Part shown: one piece after another, positions 28,744 to 38,814 of the stretch
Layout of the letters: each line of letters begins with the position of its first letter
Numbering within the stretch: position 1 is the first letter of the stretch
Assembly (NCBI GenBank): GCA_964583615.1
Contig: CAZOWM010000010.1
Location: 11,480-75,479, forward strand
DNA from: an uncultured Spirochaetota bacterium
Lineage (GTDB): Bacteria; Spirochaetota; B62-G9; DRHN01
DNA length: 64,000 nt
Direction: 5' to 3'
Made by a program: the position numbers and the translations under genes
Notes under the pieces: model-generated
What the model was told of the DNA's origin: nothing
The model's database searches: none
The model's input: the letters and a program-made list of their open reading frames with translations, nothing else

Positions 28744-29940
28744 CTACTTCCGCGGTGAACCGCCTTCCTTGATTATATCCCACTCTATGGGCTCCAAAGC
28801 GGGATTCGGATAGAAGAGCCGAGCGTTGTCCTTGTACATCGTTCTTGGCCGTATGTCGAATATATAGGGAACTTCACCGCCGAGCGCGAGTGTCACTGCA
28901 AACTCCGTTCCGTACCACCCCCATTCCGGAAAACCATGGTGAGTTTCGGCTATCATCTTTCCTTCAGCGACACGGTCAGCGGACTCAGGCGTTACATCAT
29001 TGGTGAAAATCGCAACATACTTGTCACCGATATCGCCCATGCCCGCGATCTCGAGCCGGCCTTTCCCTTCGCATGCGAGCATCGCTCCAAGACCCATTTC
29101 ATTGGAGGCAGCCCATATCGCATCGAGTGTGCCTGGAGGGTTGGCGGTGAGAAAATCTTCCGCAGCCTGTATTCCCTTCTCCCGGTTCCAGTCCGCGGGA
29201 AGAGTGCCGACGATTTCTATCCCTGGAAAGGGGTCGACAACCTCGTGAAACCCGTTGAGCCTGGCCGTAGAGAAAAACCCTCCAGCAATTCCCTCGATAA
29301 TTGCCACCCGTGCTTTGATATTGGAATTCGCGGGGTAAACGTCCTCATACAGGTCCTTCCACCAGGCAAGATCGAGATAGGTATCGCCGTCTACGTCCAC
29401 ATTGGGTCCCTTGCCCAGCACACCCGGCCCTCCGAAGTAATCGAGAAGTGCATATGCGGAGATTCTTCCCGCATCCGTGTTGTCAAAACCGATGTAGGAT
29501 GCAACATCAACACCGGGAATGGGCTCAAGAAGATTGACAATGATCACAGGAATTCCCTGTTCGTTTGCCTTTTTGATCGTGGGTTTTATCACCTCGACTT
29601 CGATTGGAGAGATCGCGATGACGTCGACTTTTCTCTGAACATAATCTTCGATGATTGCGACTTGGTCGGCGAATGCGACATGCGTTGCGGGTGACTGAGA
29701 AATGACCTCCACTTCGATCCCGTTCTCCCGCGCGTCTTCGGCGCTTTTCTCGAAGTAATCTGTTGCTGTTTTAAATACACCGGTGATGTCGGGCGGGGTC
29801 CAGCCGATTGTAATTTTCTCAGGCGCTTTCCTTCTTGATGAAGCAGCCAACCGCGCATCGTGGTGCTGTGCAACGAAGATACACACGAGCGCAAGCACAA
29901 CTAGCGTTGAAATTGCGAGCAGTTTCATTTTTTTTGCCAT
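28744..29940 (-). CDS. Sugar ABC substrate-binding protein (RbsB/Peripla_BP_4 family)
   Basis: Signal/anchor, DQVAIIED, KANEQGIPV, SYIGFDN, ARLNGF, ADWNRE.G, ASNEMGLGA. Confidence 0.88.
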   Translation of the reverse strand: MAKKMKLLAISTLVVLALVCIFVAQHHDARLAASSRRKAPEKITIGWTPPDITGVFKTATDYFEKSAEDARENGIEVEVISQSPATHVAFADQVAIIEDYVQRKVDVIAISPIEVEVIKPTIKKANEQGIPVIIVNLLEPIPGVDVASYIGFDNTDAGRISAYALLDYFGGPGVLGKGPNVDVDGDTYLDLAWWKDLYEDVYPANSNIKARVAIIEGIAGGFFSTARLNGFHEVVDPFPGIEIVGTLPADWNREKGIQAAEDFLTANPPGTLDAIWAASNEMGLGAMLACEGKGRLEIAGMGDIGDKYVAIFTNDVTPESADRVAEGKMIAETHHGFPEWGWYGTEFAVTLALGGEVPYIFDIRPRTMYKDNARLFYPNPALEPIEWDIIKEGGSPRK

Positions 29941-30202
29941 TTCCTTCTCCTTTATGGTAGATTTATAGTGGATTATGTGTAGTATTGAGGTGACAAGAAG
30001 AATGTGTAACAGTAGAAGTGTATTTCTTTATGCCGTGTCTTGATGAAAATGTGAAATAGAGACCCGCTTACTACACATATTTTCATGGAGAAAAACTCTC
30101 TTTTCTCGCACGGAACGCATATTATTGTATACCTTTTACATCCTGTGTCAAATATATTCTTTTTGCTGACAGGCGAATCGTTAAGAGATGGGGGTAACTG
30201 AA

Positions 30203-30532
30203 ATGGTGCACCGGTATAAAATTTACTCGTATTTAGATAAACAAAGAAATCTCAATATTGGAAAAATTCTCGATCCCAACGGGGAATGGGTGAGATTCAA
30301 AGAATGCAATAGATACTCGAAAGAAGTGTGCGACGAAAATTACGTGCTCCAGCAGAAGTGTACCGCTCTGGAGGAACAAAACAAACAGTTTCTCAAAGTG
30401 CTCGACTGGTATGCAGATATCGACAACTGGCTTCCTCCCGAGAGCGGGGCGGACGTTCTGGTGTCCGAAGCGGAAAAGGATCAGGGAGAAAGAGCGCGTT
30501 CGGTCCTTATGGAAATCAGCGAAAGCGATTGA
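30203..30532 (+). CDS. Hypothetical protein with coiled coil, phage-like motifs
   Basis: 110 aa from ATG 30203 (GGGGGT SD). GEWVRF, LDWYAD..NW, DQGERARSVL. Confidence 0.55.
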   Translation: MVHRYKIYSYLDKQRNLNIGKILDPNGEWVRFKECNRYSKEVCDENYVLQQKCTALEEQNKQFLKVLDWYADIDNWLPPESGADVLVSEAEKDQGERARSVLMEISESD

Positions 30533-30652
30533 AATGTTCCGGCAATTCGCATGTGTGGCGCGCATCCTTTGCGTGAGGGTATATTTAAAGAGGTGCCGTT
30601 TCAGGCACCTCTTTTGTTTCACGGTATGCGCGAACAGTGGCCAGGCGCTCAC

Positions 30653-31036
30653 CTAATCGGTAAAGCGTGTGGAACCGGAGTACTCGTAAGAGCTTGAAAA
30701 TGCAATGACCAGCATCATTACAATTCCGACAATGGGAATAATGATGCTGACTACAATAAGAGCCGGGTGTACGGAAAAGGCGAGATAGAACTTCACGATC
30801 CAGATGATGGCGAAGATGATGTTCACAATCGGAATAAACAGGAGAAATATGTTCCATCCGCTCTTATCGATGATATGGAGCAGGGCGACCAGCTGAACGA
30901 ACGGAATGAATGCCACCCACACGTTTTTGATGTTCGCCTTTTTCCCTGCCATAAACAGTGAAATTGCATAAACAGCATACCATACCAATCCGTAAATCCA
31001 TCCTGTGTCTTTCGCTGTCTCAAGATAACCGGGCAT
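30653..31036 (-). CDS. Small membrane protein (DUF5684/DUF805-like)
   Basis: KKAN....W.AFIPF, W..FLLFIPIVNII, 4 TM helices. AAGGAG SD. Confidence 0.8.
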   Translation of the reverse strand: MPGYLETAKDTGWIYGLVWYAVYAISLFMAGKKANIKNVWVAFIPFVQLVALLHIIDKSGWNIFLLFIPIVNIIFAIIWIVKFYLAFSVHPALIVVSIIIPIVGIVMMLVIAFSSSYEYSGSTRFTD

Positions 31037-31191
31037 TTTTTGCTCCTTCTTTGTTTGATCTAATAAGTATAATGTATGAAATCACGGTTTTCCTCTTTTT
31101 CTTCAGCTTTTAACACAGTACCCACACGGGAAAACACCGTTACTTGTTTTTCCAGGTTGCCAAGAACAATCTTTTAATGTACCATTGAGGC

Positions 31192-32076
31192 ATGAATACG
31201 AAACAGCTGAAACTCTTCATGCTCATTGCAGACATCAAGAGCTTTTCAAAAACAGCGGAGCTCGAGGCGCTCACCCAGCCTGCGGTTACTCAGCAGATTA
31301 TCAGGCTCGAAAAGGAAATGGGCTCAGTTCTTTTCCGCAGAAGGCACAAGAAGATCGAGCTCACCAAAAAAGGAAAACTCTTCTACAAGTTCGCAAAAAA
31401 TATGCTGACGATGGTTGACAACCTTGAAAAGGAGATGAGAATCATCGATCAGCGTGATGAAAGCTATCTTCGCATCGGTTCCAGTCATATCCCCACCTCG
31501 GAATTTCTCTATCAGAAGATCGCTGACTTCAAGAAAGCCCATCCCCATGTCTACATCATCTATGAGCTCAGCGACACCGAGAGCATCTCATACATGGTCG
31601 AAAACGAGTTGCTCGACCTCGGTTTTGTGGGAGCAATCACAAACAACAACCTTCAGTACAGAAGTTTTTCAGGGGACGAGCTGAAACTCGTTGCGAATAA
31701 GGATTTTGACGTGCCCTCCGAGATATCGCTTTCCGCACTGAAGGATATTCCGCTGATCATTAATCAGAAGCAGTCGGGTGTTAGAAAATATCTCGAAAAA
31801 AAACTAGAAGATTATAACATACTGTTTTCCGATTTAAACATCATCTCAGAAATCGGTCTTCCCGACGCGCTCGCGAGTGTTGTGCTCCATGGAGCAGGGT
31901 GCGCCTTCATCCCGTCTATTGTACTCGAACGGGAGATAAATAAGAGGGAGCTGAAGATTATCACGGTGAAGAACTTCAAAGCGTACAGAAGCTACTATTC
32001 GATCACGAAAAAAGGAGCTCTTCTTTCGAAACTTGCAGAGGAGTTCCTCAATTCCTTTATTACTGCGTCTGAATAA
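31192..32076 (+). CDS. LysR-family transcriptional regulator (CysL-like)
   Basis: SFSKTAE...LTQPAVTQQIIRLEKEMG HTH, LRIGSS, LDLGFVG, GAGCAFIP. Confidence 0.92.
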   Translation: MNTKQLKLFMLIADIKSFSKTAELEALTQPAVTQQIIRLEKEMGSVLFRRRHKKIELTKKGKLFYKFAKNMLTMVDNLEKEMRIIDQRDESYLRIGSSHIPTSEFLYQKIADFKKAHPHVYIIYELSDTESISYMVENELLDLGFVGAITNNNLQYRSFSGDELKLVANKDFDVPSEISLSALKDIPLIINQKQSGVRKYLEKKLEDYNILFSDLNIISEIGLPDALASVVLHGAGCAFIPSIVLEREINKRELKIITVKNFKAYRSYYSITKKGALLSKLAEEFLNSFITASE

Positions 32077-32093
32077 AATACTACAAAAAATTA

Positions 32094-32122
32094 TTGAAAT
32101 GGGTGTTTTCCTGCGCTATATT
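32094..32122 (+). promoter_or_regulatory. Sigma-70 promoter for the TPR-barrel-exbBD-tonB operon
   Basis: TTGAAA, 17-nt spacer, TATATT in an AT-rich intergenic region. Confidence 0.55.
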
Positions 32123-32206
32123 GTTCATAAGTATTTGAAAAAATGTATTTTTCACCATCGGCACTTTTCCGGCACCATTTCTAACATAAATCAAAAAAGA
32201 CCGACC

Positions 32207-35131
32207 ATGAAAAAAGAAAAATTCACGAACATTGTAAAGATTGTGTTCCTGTACATGATTTTCGCGATCACCCCCCTTTCCCTTTCGGCGATGACAAGGG
32301 AAATGGAGCTGTTTTCAGACGCAGAGAGCAGGTATTACGGAAAGAGTTATGTGATCGCCCTCGAAATGTACGACGAGTTCCTGAAGAAATTTCCGCTCTC
32401 GGACCTCGTCCCCGATGTACAGTACAGAAAGGCGGTCTGTCTGTACAGGCTGGGGGATCTCGAGCGGGCGATGTTGCTGTTCAGCACAGTCGAAAAGCGG
32501 TACAGGGCAACGAAGTACATTACGTACGTTCCGTTCTGGAAAGGGCTCATCTATTTTCATCAGGCGGATTATGGAAATGCGGAAGAGCTTTTGGAAGCTT
32601 TCGTGCAGGAAACGAAAGACAAGGACCTGAAACTTCAGGCGATGCTCCATCTGGCAATCAGCGAGCTCTCTCAGGACAAGTTTGCTGATGCATATGAAAC
32701 GATGAAACGTCTGGAAGACGCAAAGCGTCCGGATACACTCTCACCCTATGAAGCGCTCGTTCTCAGCCACATACTTTTGAAAAAAAACGCCTACAGCGAG
32801 CTCATCGCATTTCAGGACGGCATCGATTATACGGAGTTTTCCGAGGCCTGGAACGAGAGAATGCGCCTCTACAAAGGGGAAGCGCTGTGGAACCTCCAAG
32901 AGGAGAAACGTGCGGAGGAAGTGTACCGCTCGCTTACGGACGCCCATCCCGACGTATCTGCCAGTGCATTTCGGCGGCTTTATTTGATTGCACAGCAGAA
33001 TAATGATATTGAGCGTATGGAAGAAATCATATTACAGGCGGAAGAAAAGTTCAGCGGTTCCCCGGAGACGCTGGTGGACCTCTGGCTCGGCATCGGAATC
33101 GAGAGTTTCAACCGCGGGGAGGCGGATCTTGCGCGCTACTTTTTGAACAAGATCTGGATAATGAGAGAACAGCAGGAAGTTTCTGAAGCCGTTCCCGTGT
33201 ACCTTGCAGAAATCCATCTCCTCGAAGGCGAGGTGGAGTCAGCGAAGCGTGTTCTTGAAGAGTACATCGAAATATACAAACGCGAGCCGGCTGTCGTTTT
33301 GCTTCGGCTGGGAAACATTTATATGTACGGAGGGGAGTTTGAAAGAGCTTCGGAGATGTTTTCCCGCGTCGACGCGCTGTATCCGGGCACCGTTCATGCG
33401 CAAAAGGCGCGGTATCTGCTGGCTTATGCGCATTATAGAAAGGGGGAATACACGGAGTCACTTGCACTTTGCCTCGAATTGACGGAGAGAAAAAACATCG
33501 AGACTCATCTGAAACCCGGGATACTGCGGCTCACCGCACTGAATTACAGGAGACTGAGAAAAATCGAGGATGCGGCGCGGACCCTGGAAGTGTATCTTGT
33601 ATTCTACCCCCTGGACCTCTCTGCACAGGTTGATTTGACGAAACTGCTTTTTTCTTCCGGGAAATACAAGGATGCGATCAGCCACGCGGACGGAGTCCTG
33701 CAAAGCCGGCCCTCCATGCAGCAGACGGAAATAAGCTCATATCTTCTCCTCAAATACATTCAGGGGCTGTCGCAGATTCGCCTGAAGTCCTACGCCGAAG
33801 CGCATACAGCATTCCAGGAAATCACGGCCGGCAGGGTACAGGATGCGGGGCTCGAAGAGATTTTTCCCTATATTGAGTACTACCGCGGATGGATACTTTA
33901 CAGATTGAACGACGTAGAGAGTGCCAACGATGTTTTCAAACGGTTTGTGCGTTCCTTCAGAGACCACGAGCTTTTCGCGCAGGCTCTTTTCATGTCTGCG
34001 TGGTGCGCGTACAGCCTCGGAAACTACGAAGAGTCCAACAAACTCTTCGCCCGTCTCGCGGATGATGAATCAGGTCCGTACGGGGAAAAGGCGCGTTTTC
34101 TGCGGGCAAAGAGCCTGGAGAGCCTGAAAATGAGTTCGGAATCGGAAATACTCTTTAAAAACCTCTACAAAGAGAGTCCGGATTCGCCTTTTGCAGATGA
34201 CGCGCTCTATGAGCATGCAAATCTGCTCGGAGAGAAGGGCGCTATTGAAGAAGCTGCGGAAAAATACCTCGAGCTCCACAGCAGGTATGCGGCGAGTCCG
34301 CTCGCGGATGAAGCGCTCTACAGGAGGGGCGAGCTCTATTTCAACAACGGGAAATTCGACCGGGCCAGAAGCTCCTTTCGAGAATACCGCGTGCACTATC
34401 CAAAGGGCACGCTCATTGACGCCGCCCTCTACTGGGAGGGCCTTTCCGCCTACAACGACGGAGACAGCGCGGAGGCTTTACGACTGTGGGAGACCCTCAT
34501 CGAATCCCATACGGCAAGTCCGTTCAGGCCTGACGCGCTCATGAAAATCACAGACGCAAGAATCGAAAACGGTGATTATCGGAATGCACTCGAAAGCGTC
34601 AACGCGCTCCTGCAGGAGTATCCGGAGTACTCTGCACGGGTGAATGCGAACCTCACGGCAGAGCAGGTGCGGTATCTCATCCACGGTATGTCGCCCGTAG
34701 AGGCGGAGCTGACTGCCCGAATAAGTACACAGGGAGGGGTGCAAACCCGGAAAGGCAGAGAAGCAATGGTTGAGCTCTCGCGGTTCTACATATTCGAGGA
34801 TGAAGACAAGATCGAACGCGCGTTTCAGATGCTCAGTCAGGTAGTGGAATACAAGCAAGACCCTGTCACAGCGGCCCAAGCGCAGTTTCTTTTGGGTGAA
34901 TATTATGAGAAGAAAGGTGAGTACACAGAAGCCGGAAAGGAGTTTTTCAAAGCGTCGCTCAAGGATACGGAAGGCGCGGATTTTCGGGCTTATTCCATTT
35001 ACAGAGCAGCGCTGTCGATGAAACAGGTGGGAAAGTCGAGAGAAATACAGGAACTCGTGAGCAGGCTTGAAAAAAATTATCCGCAGTCCGAGTGGACACA
35101 GAAAGGAAAAAAGCTCCTGGAGGAAGAGTAA
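32207..35131 (+). CDS. Large exported tetratricopeptide-repeat protein (about 970 aa, CpoB/YfiO-like repeats)
   Basis: Signal peptide, many TPR units (A.Y..G..Y, YP.S..A..AL), ends YPQSEW..K. Start set at ATG 32207. Confidence 0.88.
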   Translation: MKKEKFTNIVKIVFLYMIFAITPLSLSAMTREMELFSDAESRYYGKSYVIALEMYDEFLKKFPLSDLVPDVQYRKAVCLYRLGDLERAMLLFSTVEKRYRATKYITYVPFWKGLIYFHQADYGNAEELLEAFVQETKDKDLKLQAMLHLAISELSQDKFADAYETMKRLEDAKRPDTLSPYEALVLSHILLKKNAYSELIAFQDGIDYTEFSEAWNERMRLYKGEALWNLQEEKRAEEVYRSLTDAHPDVSASAFRRLYLIAQQNNDIERMEEIILQAEEKFSGSPETLVDLWLGIGIESFNRGEADLARYFLNKIWIMREQQEVSEAVPVYLAEIHLLEGEVESAKRVLEEYIEIYKREPAVVLLRLGNIYMYGGEFERASEMFSRVDALYPGTVHAQKARYLLAYAHYRKGEYTESLALCLELTERKNIETHLKPGILRLTALNYRRLRKIEDAARTLEVYLVFYPLDLSAQVDLTKLLFSSGKYKDAISHADGVLQSRPSMQQTEISSYLLLKYIQGLSQIRLKSYAEAHTAFQEITAGRVQDAGLEEIFPYIEYYRGWILYRLNDVESANDVFKRFVRSFRDHELFAQALFMSAWCAYSLGNYEESNKLFARLADDESGPYGEKARFLRAKSLESLKMSSESEILFKNLYKESPDSPFADDALYEHANLLGEKGAIEEAAEKYLELHSRYAASPLADEALYRRGELYFNNGKFDRARSSFREYRVHYPKGTLIDAALYWEGLSAYNDGDSAEALRLWETLIESHTASPFRPDALMKITDARIENGDYRNALESVNALLQEYPEYSARVNANLTAEQVRYLIHGMSPVEAELTARISTQGGVQTRKGREAMVELSRFYIFEDEDKIERAFQMLSQVVEYKQDPVTAAQAQFLLGEYYEKKGEYTEAGKEFFKASLKDTEGADFRAYSIYRAALSMKQVGKSREIQELVSRLEKNYPQSEWTQKGKKLLEEE

Positions 35132-36744
35132 TGGTCAGGTGGATTTTCACATCATGCGTGGTAGTATTGTTTTTTACAGCAGGAACGGGTGCCGGAATCT
35201 CTCAGGAGCTCGAACCGGAAGAGCCTGAGATCATTCTTCCCTCCGTTGTGCTCGAAATCGAGGATCTGAGCGTTGAGCGTATGACGGAGGCTCTGCCAGA
35301 GGAGGAGGAGCTTTTGCCTTCGGAACCACCGCTTCCGCTCCCAGAAGCAGAGGAGCTCGAGGTGCGAGAGCCACAGCTCGACCTCACACTCCCTCCTACA
35401 GGGCCTTCAGTATTTGAGATAAAGGAGGGGAAGTATCTCTCTGCAGAGGCGATATTGGGGACAGGAACGGCAAACGAATTCTACAGTAAAATATCGCTCT
35501 TTTTTCTTGGGGAAAGACCGGAAGGAAAGATCCTCTTCCAGCACGAGACGATCGACGGATTTTCATCGGAATCACCGGGCACGGGCTACAACACACGCGA
35601 AGACACGCTGGATGGATACATAGACTTTGATCTGAAAAACGGCGAGTTCAGCTTCGAAGGCTCGTTTTCTGAGCTCGAGAGAGGGCTTCAGGAGAATGGG
35701 GTGTATTTTTCAAAGATCAACCGGTTCGTCGACCTCGGTGTAAGCTCCGCGCACCGGTTCAACGACTGGTTTTCCTTGAAGGGGTCGATGTCCGGATCAG
35801 CGGCAAACCAGGTGCTCACCGACGGACCATCCCCTGCTGAGCGAATTGTCGAATACCACATTCTGCCCTCAGTCGCGGCTGAGTTCAGTTTCCAGAGGTG
35901 GTACTTCGGAATTGAGCCGCGCGCGAGCTACAGGAGCATTCCGGACATATCGGATCTTTCAGCCGGGAGGATGCAGGTCAGGGGGTATTTCGGGGCGGAC
36001 GTCACGGATTACCTTCATCTCGACGGCGGTGCCGGGTGGTTCTGGAGCGAGGAGACTGCGAACCTGTTTCCCTTTGATCTCACACTCACCGCGGCGCTCG
36101 GAGACTTTCTGTCGTTCAGGATCGGCGGTGGGTACAGAATCATCGAGTATCAGCTCAGAGATGTGTTCAGAGAGTATCAGCTCTCAGATGTTCCTGCTGC
36201 TCTCGAGGACAACCACGGATGGTACGGTGATGTCCGCACAAACTGGATTCCCTCTCAGGGGTGGATCGTTGATGCGGGAGCGCTCTACTTTCACAACAGC
36301 AGTATGCCGACTTTCGGGAGAACGGTCGATGCCGCAACCGGGCTTTTCCCCTTCACACAGGGTGAGGCGCAGCAGCTCAGTGTTGACGCAGGCATACGGT
36401 GGATCATTTCCGAGCTTTTCTCGGCACGAGCAGGGATGGAGATAGAGATTGGAGAACGGCCTGAGTTCTCCCCGGAGAGGAGGCTGACGATTGACATGGA
36501 TCTCGTGCAGCCGCAGGGGAAGTACGGGGCAGGGGCTTCGCTCGATCTCATAACCGGAGTCAACGACTCGAATCAGCTGCCGGTCCTTGACCTGAACGGA
36601 TTTTTCCGGCTCAATCAGTACGTCCGGTTCATGATTGAAGCAGACGACGTGCTCTCCGTATTTCTCGAAGATTCCAGGTACAGCTGGGAGCCGTATGTAG
36701 ACCCCGGTTTTCTATTGAAAGCAAAGGTACACATAAATTTTTAA
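35131..36744 (+). CDS. Outer-membrane beta-barrel protein, TonB-receptor-like but short
   Basis: Signal peptide, acidic Pro-rich N-terminus, alternating beta-strand pattern, terminal AKVHINF signal. TAATG coupling to the TPR gene. Confidence 0.75.
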   Translation: MVRWIFTSCVVVLFFTAGTGAGISQELEPEEPEIILPSVVLEIEDLSVERMTEALPEEEELLPSEPPLPLPEAEELEVREPQLDLTLPPTGPSVFEIKEGKYLSAEAILGTGTANEFYSKISLFFLGERPEGKILFQHETIDGFSSESPGTGYNTREDTLDGYIDFDLKNGEFSFEGSFSELERGLQENGVYFSKINRFVDLGVSSAHRFNDWFSLKGSMSGSAANQVLTDGPSPAERIVEYHILPSVAAEFSFQRWYFGIEPRASYRSIPDISDLSAGRMQVRGYFGADVTDYLHLDGGAGWFWSEETANLFPFDLTLTAALGDFLSFRIGGGYRIIEYQLRDVFREYQLSDVPAALEDNHGWYGDVRTNWIPSQGWIVDAGALYFHNSSMPTFGRTVDAATGLFPFTQGEAQQLSVDAGIRWIISELFSARAGMEIEIGERPEFSPERRLTIDMDLVQPQGKYGAGASLDLITGVNDSNQLPVLDLNGFFRLNQYVRFMIEADDVLSVFLEDSRYSWEPYVDPGFLLKAKVHINF

Positions 36745-36754
36745 GGAGAGGAAC

Positions 36755-37453
36755 ATGCTTGATATAATGCAGAGGGGCGGGATAATCATGTGGATTATTC
36801 TTTTTCTGTCGATCGTTGCCGCGATCATCATCATCGAGAGACTTCTTTATTTCAGGAAGATTCGGATCGATGAGGAAAAGATGATCAACCGGCTGAAGTC
36901 GACGCTTCGCAAGCAGCATTTTGACGAGGCGATTTCGATATGTGAGAACAACCCTTCCCCGATCACGAATCTAATGAGGGTCGGTATCGAAAACCGCCAC
37001 CATGCCCCGGATACCATAAAGGAAACGATCCTCGATGCGGCGAATCTCGAGATACCGCAGATGGAAAAGCACCTCCCCGCACTCGGGACAGTCACACACA
37101 TTGCACCTCTGCTCGGCCTTCTGGGAACGGTGACCGGAAATATCTCGGCGTTCGGGGTACTGGGAAAGCTCGGGTCTGTCGGAGACCCCGCACTTCTCGC
37201 CAAGGGTATATCGGAGGCGCTTCTCACAACTGCAGCGGGACTCATCGTGGCAATTCCCGCAATAATATTTTACAACTATCTCGTCAACAAGGTCAATCAC
37301 ATGATTATCCGTCTGGAAAACCGGGTGAACGAGCTCGTGCTCCTGCTGGAAACACACAGAGAGGAGATAATAAAACCGGGGGAGGATATTTCTTCTCCGT
37401 CTCAACCCCCGGATGGGGGCATGCGCCCACTCGACGGAGGGGGACTGATATGA
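36755..37453 (+). CDS. exbB: MotA/TolQ/ExbB proton channel
   Basis: APLLGLLGTVTG.I..F, LAKGISEALLTTAAGLIVAIPA. Confidence 0.92.
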   Translation: MLDIMQRGGIIMWIILFLSIVAAIIIIERLLYFRKIRIDEEKMINRLKSTLRKQHFDEAISICENNPSPITNLMRVGIENRHHAPDTIKETILDAANLEIPQMEKHLPALGTVTHIAPLLGLLGTVTGNISAFGVLGKLGSVGDPALLAKGISEALLTTAAGLIVAIPAIIFYNYLVNKVNHMIIRLENRVNELVLLLETHREEIIKPGEDISSPSQPPDGGMRPLDGGGLI

Positions 37454-37866
37454 AATTTCGGAGAAGGCTCACCACACGGACAAATGTGGAACTTGTGCCG
37501 TTGATCGACGTGGTATTTCAGCTCGTGGTGTTCTTCATGGTTTCCACCACGTTTATCCTCACCCCGGGGATAAACATCGTGCTTCCGGCCTCGCAGTCGT
37601 CAGAGCCGGTTGCGATGACCAGAATGGTGGTCTCCATTGTTTCCAGCGACGAGCTGTATCTCAACAAGGACCGCTACACACTCGAAGGGTTGAGCAATAA
37701 ACTCGCAGAGCTCAGCGAGGAGGAGAAAAACGCAATAAAGACGGTAATCATCGAAGGCGACAGCGCCGTCTCCTACAATCTCATGGTGGAAGTGCTGGAT
37801 GTTCTCCGGTTGAGCGGATTCAAGGGAGTAAACCTGAAAACACGCGAAGAAAAGGAAACAAGCTAA
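37450..37866 (+). CDS. exbD: ExbD/TolR
   Basis: VELVPLIDVVFQLVVFFMV (TM Asp), IEGDSAV.Y..MV.VLD. Confidence 0.92.
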   Translation: MKFRRRLTTRTNVELVPLIDVVFQLVVFFMVSTTFILTPGINIVLPASQSSEPVAMTRMVVSIVSSDELYLNKDRYTLEGLSNKLAELSEEEKNAIKTVIIEGDSAVSYNLMVEVLDVLRLSGFKGVNLKTREEKETS

Positions 37867-37868
37867 AA

Positions 37869-38792
37869 ATGTACACGGCACACCAGAACAGAAAGCGCAT
37901 GTTCATCAGCTTAATCATCGCGTTCCTGTTTCACGCAGCGGTTTTTACCGGGGGGCAGTTTATTCTTCCTGAGGATATCGGAAAGATCGAGGAGTACCAG
38001 GGCCCTCTGCTCGTGACCATAGAACGGGAGCGTCCCCCCCAGCCGGTCGAGGTGGTGAAGAAAAAGCCTGCGGTGAAAAAGGAGGACGTGCCGAACAGAC
38101 CTGAAGTGAAAAAAGAAAGCCCCCCTCTGCGCAGGGAAAGCAAAAAGAAACAAACAAGCTCAGTGCCTTCTGTTCAGGAAAGGGGAATCGTCCCAGACAC
38201 CTCAGGTCCGGCGGTTCATGACCAGAATGTCGAGCTCATAGAGATGGAGAAATTCTGGGAGTCGATTCCCGCGCCCCTGGATGAAGAAGAGGGGCTTCCG
38301 CCCATCACGACCCGGGAATACAGGGAAGAAAAGAAAGACGAGGCTGTTCCCTTTCAGTCGAAGTCTGAGATCGCGCGCGAGAGCCTCACATTCGACGTAG
38401 GGAAACTCGATGCGGCACTCGAGAATGAAGCCGTGTCTGTTTCGAATGAGGGAACCGCGCGGGGTCCGGCATCGGACACCGGTAAGATCGAAGCTGCACA
38501 AATGCCGCTCATCGTGTGGGACGACACCTCACAGGAAAGAGCGTTCACGTACAGAGGCCCTTTTCCGGAAATTCCTCTCTGGGTAAATAATGAAGGGCTC
38601 GAGCTGAGAGCAGCGATTTCATTTGCGGTTACCGCGGAGGGACACACAACGGGAGTGAAGGTAAGGGTGTCTTCAGGTTATTCGGATGTTGATTCAAAGA
38701 TCCTCGATGCGGTTCGGAAAATGAAATTCAATCCACTCCCCGGAAGCGGCCTGGTAACCGGGACGATCACCTACATCATCAGTCCGAGATGA
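37869..38792 (+). CDS. tonB: TonB-family energy transducer
   Basis: N-terminal S..IAFLFHA anchor, Pro/Lys/Glu-rich linker, C-terminal SSGYSDVD..ILDAVRKMKF.P. Confidence 0.85.
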   Translation: MYTAHQNRKRMFISLIIAFLFHAAVFTGGQFILPEDIGKIEEYQGPLLVTIERERPPQPVEVVKKKPAVKKEDVPNRPEVKKESPPLRRESKKKQTSSVPSVQERGIVPDTSGPAVHDQNVELIEMEKFWESIPAPLDEEEGLPPITTREYREEKKDEAVPFQSKSEIARESLTFDVGKLDAALENEAVSVSNEGTARGPASDTGKIEAAQMPLIVWDDTSQERAFTYRGPFPEIPLWVNNEGLELRAAISFAVTAEGHTTGVKVRVSSGYSDVDSKILDAVRKMKFNPLPGSGLVTGTITYIISPR

Positions 38793-38814
38793 CAGCCTCT
38801 GCTGGAAATGTGCT

